Shown here: piece after piece, positions 8,781-16,753 of the stretch
How positions within the stretch are numbered: the stretch's first letter is position 1
How the letters are laid out: each line of letters begins with the position of its first letter
Source of the DNA: a virus
Taxonomy: Duplodnaviria > Caudoviricetes
IMG/VR virus record: IMGVR_UViG_3300014613_000065
Location: 1 to 32,606 of that record
Length of the DNA stretch: 32,606 nucleotides
Reading direction: 5' to 3' (one strand)
The notes under the pieces: model-generated
Seen by the model: only the letters and a program-made list of their open reading frames with translations
What the model was told of the DNA's origin: nothing
The model's database searches: none
Translations under genes and position numbers: made by a program

Positions 8781-8809
8781 ATTATATCACAATAATAATG
8801 GAGATACAA
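8781..8809 (-). promoter_or_regulatory. Promoter for the LAGLIDADG gene
   Basis: Minus strand TTGTAT-N17-TATAAT with a TGn extension. Confidence 0.7.
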
Positions 8810-9606
8810 TGGATTTTGAAGAATTAGTAAAAACCATAAACATAAAGCCTTACTTCAAAGATGATTCAGTGGCGATATATAACAGGGATTGTCGTGAGAT
8901 ATTGCCCCAACTTTCCAACATTGAGACTGTTATCACTGACCCTACATGGCCGGATGCGAATGTTAAAATAGTAGGACATGAAAACCCGTATCAGTTATTT
9001 GCCGATATGTGCCGTGTAATCCCGCGGGGGACTGAGCGTCTTATTGTGCAACTTGGCTGTGACAGTGACCCCCGTTTCCTCGGCGGTATCCCCAAAGAAT
9101 GGCCCTTTCTCCGAGTGTGCTGGCTGGACTATGCAAGGCCGTCTTATAAAGGCAGACTGCTCTACACCGGCGACGTGGCTTATGCTTACGGAATACCGCC
9201 GGCGTTCATCAAGGGACGACAGGTAATGAGCGGAATGTGTCGCAGCTCTAGGTCTGACCCAAATAATCTGCGCCACTCGCACAAACCCGGCTCAGGTGGT
9301 GGTAGATGGACGGGACGGGCCGATGAAGACGGTTTGCCCCATCCATGCGCTCGACGACTTCAACACGTCGAATGGCTGGTGCATCAATTCAGCGATAACG
9401 TGGTATGCGACCCGTTCATGGGGAGCGGTACAACATTAGTAGCAGCGAAGTATCTTAACAGGATTTCCATTGGAATAGAAATAAAAGAGGAATATTGTGA
9501 GCTGGCAGTAAAACGATTATCGCAGAGTGTCATGAACTTCACTCAACCGCCTGGCCCCTCCGGTGTGCATCTAATCATCCAGGACGCTCAGGAGAGTAGA
9601 GAATGA
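8809..9606 (+). CDS. N4-C/N6-A DNA methyltransferase, beta-class motif order
   Basis: VITDPTW (DPPY-like), then HPC...DPFMGSGTT...IGIEIKEEYC. Confidence 0.85.
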   Translation: MDFEELVKTINIKPYFKDDSVAIYNRDCREILPQLSNIETVITDPTWPDANVKIVGHENPYQLFADMCRVIPRGTERLIVQLGCDSDPRFLGGIPKEWPFLRVCWLDYARPSYKGRLLYTGDVAYAYGIPPAFIKGRQVMSGMCRSSRSDPNNLRHSHKPGSGGGRWTGRADEDGLPHPCARRLQHVEWLVHQFSDNVVCDPFMGSGTTLVAAKYLNRISIGIEIKEEYCELAVKRLSQSVMNFTQPPGPSGVHLIIQDAQESRE

Positions 9607-9645
9607 AGAAGTACCAGATATATGCTGAAAGGGGAAAATAATAGT

Positions 9646-10392
9646 ATGTCTCGTAAAATAGATGACTCTACATTAGCAGTTTTAAGCAGCGTTACCGTTG
9701 ATGGAAATACCATTGCCTTGAATTGTGGGCAACTAGAGAGGAAGCAATATGTTAACGTAAATAAAATATTAGAGGCAATGGGGGGCAAGTGGAACAGGCA
9801 AACTAAAAGGCATATATTCTTAGATAGTCCTAACGATAAAATTGAAGCCATACTATTAACAGGGGAATATGAAAAACCATCTGATTATGGTTACTTTCCT
9901 ACACCGATGGACTTAGTTGATAAGATGGTGTTTATGGTAGAGTTAACTCCCGATATGGTGGTGCTTGAACCATCCGCCGGGAGAGGGGCAATAGCTGAAA
10001 GGGTAGCAAGAATCGTTGGGCATAATAATGTCCACTGCTTCGAGTTATTACCTGATAACTGTGAAGCCTTAATGAAATATGGGTTTATGAAAACAGAATG
10101 TTGCGATTTTCTTAAGGTTGAACCCAAGCCTCTATATGACCGAGTAATTATGAACCCGCCTTTTGCCAAACAACAGGACATAGACCATGTTGCTCATGCG
10201 CTAAAGTGCCTTAAAAATGGAGGGATGTTAGTTAGTGTTATGTCATCTGGGGTTACTTTTAGACAGGACAGAAAAACTACTGATTTCTTGAACTCAATAA
10301 ACGGGCATAGTGAGATAATCACCAACCCACCTGAAACTTTTAAGTTATCTGGAACATTAGTGAATACAGTAACTATTATTGTTGCCCAATGA
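9646..10392 (+). CDS. N6-adenine DNA methyltransferase-like protein
   Basis: YFPTP, VLEPSAGRG, IMNPPF motifs; start at 9646 after GGGG RBS. Confidence 0.85.
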   Translation: MSRKIDDSTLAVLSSVTVDGNTIALNCGQLERKQYVNVNKILEAMGGKWNRQTKRHIFLDSPNDKIEAILLTGEYEKPSDYGYFPTPMDLVDKMVFMVELTPDMVVLEPSAGRGAIAERVARIVGHNNVHCFELLPDNCEALMKYGFMKTECCDFLKVEPKPLYDRVIMNPPFAKQQDIDHVAHALKCLKNGGMLVSVMSSGVTFRQDRKTTDFLNSINGHSEIITNPPETFKLSGTLVNTVTIIVAQ

Positions 10393-10562
10393 AGTCAATA
10401 GTGATATAGATTTACATAAGGTCATAGGGGAGTGGAGAATGAGCACACAAAACGCCTTGCTGCTGGCCGGCTTAACCTTATTGGCCATATTCTTACTGAT
10501 AACTAAATTGACCGGCTGGTGGTGAACTGAACTAAAAACCTTTGAAAATAGGTCGATAGGTA

Positions 10563-10600
10563 TTGACTTTTAGCAAAAGACTGTATTATAATTGTAATAC
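10563..10600 (+). promoter_or_regulatory. Promoter with overlapping near-palindromic operator
   Basis: TTGACT-N18-TATAAT; GTATTATAA/TTGTAATAC inverted repeat at 10583-10600. Confidence 0.65.
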
Positions 10601-10601
10601 T

Positions 10602-10787
10602 ATGATAAATACAAATTGGGAAACACCAAGAGAGCTACGAACAGTAAATATCATTGTTCGCCTGACACCAGAAGAAAAACAGTCGCTATTCCGAGAAGCT
10701 CAGAAAGCAGGTATCAGTATATCAGCTTTTGTGCGTTTGCTTATGCGAAACTGGGCTGACGGGATTAACTTCTCTAAAAAGGGGTAG
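10602..10787 (+). CDS. Ribbon-helix-helix (CopG/Arc-like) DNA-binding protein
   Basis: IIVRLTPEEKQSL..EAQKAGISISAFVRLL; the ORF-track TTG start is actually the -35 box. Confidence 0.75.
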   Translation: MINTNWETPRELRTVNIIVRLTPEEKQSLFREAQKAGISISAFVRLLMRNWADGINFSKKG

Positions 10788-10789
10788 CT

Positions 10790-11173
10790 GTGCTTAATAC
10801 GGGGATCACAGAGGCCACATTAGAGGCTGAGGAATGTCTCATCGGGTCTATTCTGATAGAATCTGCTACTTATGGGACAAGGCAGTCCATCATCCAAGCC
10901 GTGGAGTATGTGTCCCCGCTTGACTTTTACTCAGAGCAGCATCGAGTTATCTTTGAGGCAATGATAAAATGTCCGAAGCCTCCGCATATCATCAATACAG
11001 CAATGCAGATGCAGTCCGAGGGAACACTAACTCCTAAACTGCCAGCCCACCTTCGCCATTGCATCTCAGTAGTGCCTTGTTCGTTGGACTATCTTGATTA
11101 CGCAAGGGCAGTGAAACAATACAGTGATTCCAGACAAGGAAAAGCAACCCGAACTATCAAAGGGGCGTTATGA
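10790..11173 (+). CDS. Stand-alone DnaB-like helicase N-terminal domain
   Basis: EAEECLIGSIL...DFYSEQHRVIFEAM...YARAVKQYS. Confidence 0.75.
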   Translation: MLNTGITEATLEAEECLIGSILIESATYGTRQSIIQAVEYVSPLDFYSEQHRVIFEAMIKCPKPPHIINTAMQMQSEGTLTPKLPAHLRHCISVVPCSLDYLDYARAVKQYSDSRQGKATRTIKGAL

Positions 11174-12435
11174 CAGAACTGCCAGTCGGCAAGCCAGAAG
11201 TTACTTATGGAATCTACAAAAACACCTTTGAGTGGAAAGACCTTTCTCTCGCAGTAAACGTTGAGAGAATCACCGATGATGGTAAGGCGGAGCTTTATTT
11301 CTACCACATAAATAGCGATGGTAAAAAGCTCCTTCACATGGGCAATGCTAACCTGCTGTCATCCACGATGCAGCGCGAGTTTAAGAAGTCCCTCTCCACC
11401 AGGGGACTTGATGTTGATTGGCAAACACTGTTGACTTATGTTGCCCGGGACACAATGGAACACTTGCGACAGGGTGAACAGATTATTATGCTTGATGCCA
11501 GTTTCGGCAAGTCACCACCGGCCTATCTACTGAGTCCTTTATTTGTGAAAAACGCCGCCAATATAATCTATGCCGACAAGAGCAGCGCAAAAAGTCTATT
11601 TATGACGCTAATTGATATTACCCTCTCACTTCCCTGGTACGAAAACCCTCTCGGCCTGAACATAGCCAAAGACACCCGACATACGGTATTGTTTTTAGAC
11701 TGGGAGAATGATGCCAATATTACCGGCTGGCAAAAGGAATGTATAGTAAGAGGGATGGGCCTTGAATGGTGCGACCTACCGTACCTTCATTGCAGCAGAC
11801 CATTGCATGATAGCATAGAGCATATCAGGAACAAGATAATGGAGATAAGTGCTGATGTGGTTATCGTTGATAGTTTGGGCATGGCAGTCGGGGATGACTT
11901 GAACCTTACGAAGCCAGCGTTCGCCTTTTACGCTGCCCTGCGGCAACTTCCTGTGACTCCCCTTATCATAGCGCATACTTCAAAGGACATAAACAATAAA
12001 AGAAAAACAGTTTACGGCAACGCGTATTATGAAAATGAAGCGCGTTCTGTCTGGGAAGTTTCCAAACAACAAATATCAGGGGATAATCAACTGACCATTA
12101 CCTTATATCATCGCAAGTCTCCGCCATTCTCAGGTTATCACGAACCGTTGGCATGGAGGTTTACTTTTGAGGGAGATAACACCATAGTAGAACTTGACAG
12201 CCCTGTGATAGATGGCAGAGGAACTACAGAGGAACGTTCGGTAGAGGATAAGATAATGGGAATTTTGATGCTATCAAGTAAGCCCATGTCAGCGACAGAC
12301 ATCTTGCAACGAAGTAGAGAAAACAAAGAACCTATAAAAGAGGGTAGCATACGGACAACTCTTGGTAGACTGGTCAAAAAGAGAGAACCCGACATCGCTA
12401 AAGATTTGGAGGGGAAGTATTATTATTTACCGTAG
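11170..12435 (+). CDS. RecA-family (RepA/AAA_25-like) replicative helicase with C-terminal wHTH
   Basis: IIYADKSSAKS (variant Walker A), VLFLDWE, VVIVDS, IIAHTSK, YGNAYYENEARSVW; C-terminal SIRTTLGRL. Confidence 0.75.
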   Translation: MTELPVGKPEVTYGIYKNTFEWKDLSLAVNVERITDDGKAELYFYHINSDGKKLLHMGNANLLSSTMQREFKKSLSTRGLDVDWQTLLTYVARDTMEHLRQGEQIIMLDASFGKSPPAYLLSPLFVKNAANIIYADKSSAKSLFMTLIDITLSLPWYENPLGLNIAKDTRHTVLFLDWENDANITGWQKECIVRGMGLEWCDLPYLHCSRPLHDSIEHIRNKIMEISADVVIVDSLGMAVGDDLNLTKPAFAFYAALRQLPVTPLIIAHTSKDINNKRKTVYGNAYYENEARSVWEVSKQQISGDNQLTITLYHRKSPPFSGYHEPLAWRFTFEGDNTIVELDSPVIDGRGTTEERSVEDKIMGILMLSSKPMSATDILQRSRENKEPIKEGSIRTTLGRLVKKREPDIAKDLEGKYYYLP

Positions 12436-12515
12436 TGTTACCGTTACAACACTACTCCTAAAGGAGTAGTAGTGTGTGTAACGTTACGAAACACAGTGTA
12501 ACGTTACATGTAACA
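12431..12515. repeat. Palindrome/iteron cluster, candidate replication origin
   Basis: ACTACTCCT-aa-AGGAGTAGT (12451-70); GTAACGTTAC at 12478-87 and 12498-507; further GTTAC/GTAAC copies. Confidence 0.6.
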
Positions 12516-12680
12516 GCCAGTGGATTGTGGGCATAGCTTAGGAGTGAGAAGCGAAAGAAATTAAATGTTGTTGTAACGGTTGTGGTGAAATTTGTTGTAA
12601 CGCTCGATTACCGGCCACTTAAAAAGGAGAGGTTGTAGTGGCTATCTTGGTAGGTGATTATAGTTTGAGGGAGGGATAAC

Positions 12681-12869
12681 TTGAACGGGATATTATTCAA
12701 ACCAACTCTAATAAAGGCGATTGTTGAGGGCCGGAAAACGGTTACACGGCGAGTCATAACGCCACAGCCGAGCCACTTCCATTACGCCGCCGATGCTCAA
12801 TACCCCTGTAAACCTGATGGTGAGCAAATACAACCTAAATACCACGTAGGCGAAACAGTGTCAAAATGA
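12681..12869 (+). CDS. ASCH/PUA-like protein, N-terminal half of a split gene
   Basis: [24 protein letters not shown]...PKYHVGETV, then SK*. Confidence 0.75.
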   Translation: MNGILFKPTLIKAIVEGRKTVTRRVITPQPSHFHYAADAQYPCKPDGEQIQPKYHVGETVSK

Positions 12870-12877
12870 AAGTATAC

Positions 12878-12907
12878 TTGACAAACGATGCTATGTTATG
12901 GTAGTAT
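12878..12907 (+). promoter_or_regulatory. Promoter of the NUMOD4-HNH cassette
   Basis: TTGACA-N18-TAGTAT with TGn extension; RBS AGGAGGT follows. Confidence 0.65.
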
Positions 12908-12928
12908 GGCTATAGGAGGTAATATAGC

Positions 12929-13495
12929 ATGAAAGATATTAAGTTACCAAGTGGGGTTTTGTTGAAGCAAATACCCGTTGCTCCGAATGATGATTACATG
13001 GCTGGTTCTGACGGTCAGATATATTCTCGATTTAGATATAAAGGGCAAGGTAAAACACTGTACAGGGATTGGTTTCCTCTCAAATCTTGGCCTGATAAAA
13101 ACGGATGGTATAGGCATGTCACTATTTCGCATAATAATATTAGAATCACGAAATCAGTTCATACATTGGTCTGCATGGCCTTTCATGGAATGAAGCCATT
13201 TCTAGCAGCACAGGTAAGACATCTTAATGGGGATGACCAAAACTCTAAACCGGACAATTTGGCTTGGGGTACTCGTGTCGAAAACTGGGCAGATAGGAGA
13301 ACCAACAGGCAACGTAACGAAGGTGAACAAAATAGTAATTCAAAGTTAACCGACTTTGAAAGAAGTGCTTTAAGATGGGCTATAAACAAAGGATTATGTA
13401 GCCAGCGTCAAGCTGCTAGGGTGACGGGCATGAGTCAAACTTCAATGAAACAAATAGCTCATTCTAAAATAGATTGGGGGTTTGGTAATGGATAA
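12929..13495 (+). CDS. NUMOD4-type HNH homing endonuclease with C-terminal HTH
   Basis: YMAGSDGQIYS; VHTLVCMAFHG...VRHLNGDDQNSKPDNLAWGTRVEN; GEQNSNSKLT; SQRQAARVTGMSQT. Confidence 0.9.
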   Translation: MKDIKLPSGVLLKQIPVAPNDDYMAGSDGQIYSRFRYKGQGKTLYRDWFPLKSWPDKNGWYRHVTISHNNIRITKSVHTLVCMAFHGMKPFLAAQVRHLNGDDQNSKPDNLAWGTRVENWADRRTNRQRNEGEQNSNSKLTDFERSALRWAINKGLCSQRQAARVTGMSQTSMKQIAHSKIDWGFGNG

Positions 13496-13910
13496 AGGCA
13501 TAGTCTATATAAAAGAAGCATGGGCGGCTGAAAAGCAATTTGACCATCTGAAACCGAGAGATATACCACATACGGCCAAAATATTCTACCTAATGGATGG
13601 CTACGACCAATCCACAATGGGCAAAAAGCGTTCCCCATTATTTTTACCAGAGAAGTTTGCCCGTTACCATATCCTGATAACAGGGGTAAGGGCTGAGAGA
13701 ACAAAGAATATTACTCACGAAGATTGTTTACTGGAAGGCATTATCTTTGCTGGTGGGTGCTACTGGACTGCTGAAGATGGCATAGCATTTGATACCTCGC
13801 AAGATGCATACTTCGCCTTATATGACAGCATCAATGGCAAAGGCTCGCATGAGAATAATTGGGATTGGCGGTATGAGTTTAAGTTTACAGGGAGGGATAA
13901 TGGACATTAA
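13488..13910 (+). CDS. ASCH/PUA-like protein, C-terminal half of a split gene
   Basis: MDKGI+VYIKEAW...SPLFLPEKFARYHILITGVRAERTKNITHEDCLLEGI...YDSING...WRYEF. Confidence 0.75.
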   Translation: MDKGIVYIKEAWAAEKQFDHLKPRDIPHTAKIFYLMDGYDQSTMGKKRSPLFLPEKFARYHILITGVRAERTKNITHEDCLLEGIIFAGGCYWTAEDGIAFDTSQDAYFALYDSINGKGSHENNWDWRYEFKFTGRDNGH

Positions 13911-14418
13911 AGAACAGGTGGCAAAGGTAATAGACAAGGTTTTAATGGCTGATATGGTAGACGGTCGTTTCGGTTCAGAACCATACGCTAAAGAAATCCA
14001 CGACCTCTATGCTCCCCTTATAGAGCAGGCAAGGCTACCACCCCCACCAGAGGATAAGGTGGAGGCGGTAGCAAGGTATTTATTCAACATTGAATATGCA
14101 AAAGTGGCCTGGAATGAGCCACAGGATGATGCTTGGCTTAATTGCCCCGTAAGTAGTAGGAAGTTCTGGTATATACCAGCTCGTGAAATCCTCTCCCTGC
14201 TCTCCTCTGTATCACCGGAACTGACGGTGCTGGATAAATTAAAGGTTCTCTTTTGGTTTGACGACGATTCTAAAACTGCGGGTACGCTTGTTACCGGAAG
14301 TGTGATATATAGCTACTTCAAAGAACTAGAAGCCCAACTTGCCCACAACCAAGAGGAACTGAAGGGGGAGAAACATGGAACCCTGGCAATTTATGCAAAA
14401 GCAGAGCCTGCCATATAA
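13900..14418 (+). CDS. Hypothetical mosaic phage protein
   Basis: RBS GGAGG before ATG 13900; MDIKEQVAK...AQLAHN. Confidence 0.55.
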   Translation: MDIKEQVAKVIDKVLMADMVDGRFGSEPYAKEIHDLYAPLIEQARLPPPPEDKVEAVARYLFNIEYAKVAWNEPQDDAWLNCPVSSRKFWYIPAREILSLLSSVSPELTVLDKLKVLFWFDDDSKTAGTLVTGSVIYSYFKELEAQLAHNQEELKGEKHGTLAIYAKAEPAI

Positions 14419-15412
14419 AGAGAAGCTTACTCTCGCCAAGAGAAGGGCGCGGGAGTTTTACGACCACTGTCAAGGCAATGTATTTGCCTCTGTAGCAGGC
14501 ATTGATAGTATGACTATGGTGCTCTTTCTCTGGAAATATATCAGCAAAGATATTCCAGCCGTGTCTGTTTCAGTATTGGAAGATAAAAGCATTCAGGAGG
14601 CGCATCGGCAAATTGCACAGATGGGCGAGTTTGTCTTTCTCAAGCCTCTTAAGTCGAAAGTTCAGGTCATTCGTGAGCATGGATACCCGATTATCGCGAA
14701 GGACAAGGCGGGGAAAATAAAGTTGCTACAAAATCCTACTGAGAAGAACGCCACCGTCCGGCACGCCATCATGACTGGGGAAACCGGCATGTATGGCGGA
14801 TTCAAGACCATCGCCACCGGCTCACGCATGAGATTGCCGCAGAAATGGCTCAACCTTTTTGGCGGGCCAGAAAACGAGCATTATGGCACAGACTACCAGA
14901 CAGCACCCTTCAAAGTTTCGAGCGATTGCTGCTATTACATGAAAGAGCGCCCTTGTGACATCTATGCCAAAAAAACAGGTCGTTCACCTTACATGGGGCT
15001 TATGGCCTCCGAGGGCGGGCAGCGCGAGAAGGTGCTGATGAAAACCGGCTGCAATTTGTACGGCAAGACGGTCACACGCTCTTGCCCCTTCGCCATCTTC
15101 TCACGGCAAGACATTTTACGACTGGCGCTTGAGATGGAGACGCCTATCCCCGCCATCTATGGCGAGATAAAACAGCAGCCTAACGGGTTACTTGAAACGA
15201 CTCGCGCCAAGCGCACCGGATGTTCTATGTGCGGCTTCGGTATACACATTGAAAAACGCCCTCACCGCTTTGACCGGCTGCTCCATGATAACCCAAAGGA
15301 ATGGAGTTTCTGGATGTATGATATGGGATGGGGAAAAGTCCTTGATTATATCGGCATAGCATGGGAGAGCGAAATTGAAACGCAAGCGCAAATGAACCTT
15401 GATGTAGAGTAA
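14375..15412 (+). CDS. PAPS-reductase family (PP-loop) protein with Fe-S-type Cys motifs
   Basis: SVAGIDS (variant SGGKDS), VSSDCCYYMKE, GLMASEG, RTGCSMCGFG. Confidence 0.8.
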   Translation: MEPWQFMQKQSLPYKEKLTLAKRRAREFYDHCQGNVFASVAGIDSMTMVLFLWKYISKDIPAVSVSVLEDKSIQEAHRQIAQMGEFVFLKPLKSKVQVIREHGYPIIAKDKAGKIKLLQNPTEKNATVRHAIMTGETGMYGGFKTIATGSRMRLPQKWLNLFGGPENEHYGTDYQTAPFKVSSDCCYYMKERPCDIYAKKTGRSPYMGLMASEGGQREKVLMKTGCNLYGKTVTRSCPFAIFSRQDILRLALEMETPIPAIYGEIKQQPNGLLETTRAKRTGCSMCGFGIHIEKRPHRFDRLLHDNPKEWSFWMYDMGWGKVLDYIGIAWESEIETQAQMNLDVE

Positions 15413-15531
15413 TACCATGAGCAGACCAAAAGGGCTGATTACAGATGCAGAACCCCTGGAGCTTTGGGAGTATGCTCTACCTACCCAAGCTCAACTTGCC
15501 CACAACATTAGGGAACTGAAGGGGGAAACAG

Positions 15532-15843
15532 ATGGAAGCTAAAGATACAGTGATGGATGAAAGAGACATTAAGAATATGTGGGAGAGTTGGCCTAATGAT
15601 AAGCCGGCGGCTCCAACCTTTGACCAATGGCTATGCCAAGCCCAATCTGAAATATCATTTAAGGCAGGGCGTAAGTCGGTACTAGATGAACTTAAACATG
15701 CTGGGACAGGGTTTTCTTTCAAACAAGAGCCATTTGATATTATTGTCAGAGAAGTTGGAACAGGAAAGATGCTGGTGGAATGGACAAACTGTTTACCTAA
15801 TGAAATTGGTTATGTAGTTATTATTCCAGATAACTTAACTTGA
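15532..15843 (+). CDS. Hypothetical protein
   Basis: RBS GGGGG; AQSEISFKAGRKSV motif. Confidence 0.55.
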   Translation: MEAKDTVMDERDIKNMWESWPNDKPAAPTFDQWLCQAQSEISFKAGRKSVLDELKHAGTGFSFKQEPFDIIVREVGTGKMLVEWTNCLPNEIGYVVIIPDNLT

Positions 15844-16031
15844 TAACAGGAGGAAACGATGGAAGATAAAGAACAGATGGCAAAGTATGGTGGTATAAGT
15901 CTATTACCAGAATGGAAAGCTGGCTATGTGCTGATTGCTTAGAAGATAAGGCTGGGGATATTTGAAACTACATTGGATTAGTCCACCAGCCCCAGGGGTA
16001 AAGGAGTAAGAGATTGATAAAGGAGGATAGT

Positions 16032-16070
16032 ATGCGTATCTTGGCATTGGATCCCGGGACGCACTGTGGA
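16032..16070 (+). pseudogene. ruvC: N-terminal remnant of a RuvC-like Holliday junction resolvase
   Basis: RBS AGGAGG + MRILALDPGTHCG (RNase H-fold first strand with catalytic Asp); frame runs into a promoter and stops at 16103. Confidence 0.7.
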
Positions 16071-16071
16071 C

Positions 16072-16100
16072 TTGACAGCTATCCCTTTAAGGTATATACT
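16072..16100 (+). promoter_or_regulatory. Leaderless-type promoter of the HNH-rusA cassette
   Basis: TTGACA-N17-TATACT, 6 nt, ATG 16107. Confidence 0.85.
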
Positions 16101-16106
16101 TAGAAT

Positions 16107-16235
16107 ATGATAAACATATATAAATGCTTACGATGTGGACACGAATGGGCAGGCAGGCTTAAAAGACCTCCAAAAGTATGCCCTAATCCCAAGTGCAAAT
16201 CACCTTACTGGTTTAGACCTCGGAGGGTAAAATAA
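16107..16235 (+). CDS. 42-aa zinc-ribbon protein
   Basis: Hand-translated MINIYKCLRCGHEWAGRLKRPPKVCPNPKCKSPYWFRPRRVK; TAATG overlap with the HNH gene. Confidence 0.75.
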   Translation: MINIYKCLRCGHEWAGRLKRPPKVCPNPKCKSPYWFRPRRVK

Positions 16236-16753
16236 TGCCTGAGATTGGAGAGATAAGACTTGGTTCTGAGATTGGATATAAACATAACCGCAAGCATATT
16301 TGGCATGCTTGCGAAAAGTGCGGTAAGGAACGATGGGTTAGACTCATAGGGAATAAACCTGTATGTAACAGATGTTTATCATGTAGCAAGATTGGGAACA
16401 ACTATAATTGGAGAGGTGGGCGGGGGAAGAGCGGCGAGGGGTATTTCACATTAAAACTCACACCTGATGACTTTTTTTACCCAATGGCAATGAAATCTGG
16501 TCATGTTCAAGAGCATCGTTTGGTTATGGCTCAATATCTCCAACGTTGCCTATTGCCTTGGGAGATAGTTCATCACAAAGGCACTAAGCATCCTATCGAC
16601 AGCAAGGAAAATAGAGGCGATAACCGAATAGAAAATTTAGAACTCGTGGGGTGCAACGGCAAACACAATAAGTTGGCAGAAAAAGTATTAAGAGGGCAAG
16701 CTAGATTAATTGAAAAGCTGCAAGCCCGAATCAGAGAACTGGAGGCTAGGTAA
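16235..16753 (+). CDS. HNH endonuclease with N-terminal zinc finger
   Basis: CEKCG..CLSC; EHRLVMAQYLQRCLLPWEIVHHK...DNRIENLEL. Confidence 0.9.
   Translation: MPEIGEIRLGSEIGYKHNRKHIWHACEKCGKERWVRLIGNKPVCNRCLSCSKIGNNYNWRGGRGKSGEGYFTLKLTPDDFFYPMAMKSGHVQEHRLVMAQYLQRCLLPWEIVHHKGTKHPIDSKENRGDNRIENLELVGCNGKHNKLAEKVLRGQARLIEKLQARIRELEAR

Noticed and set aside
8187-8795. 202-aa + strand ORF as a genuine protein
   Set aside because: Only the first 23 aa are methylase-like; the rest is the same-register antisense of the LAGLIDADG gene.
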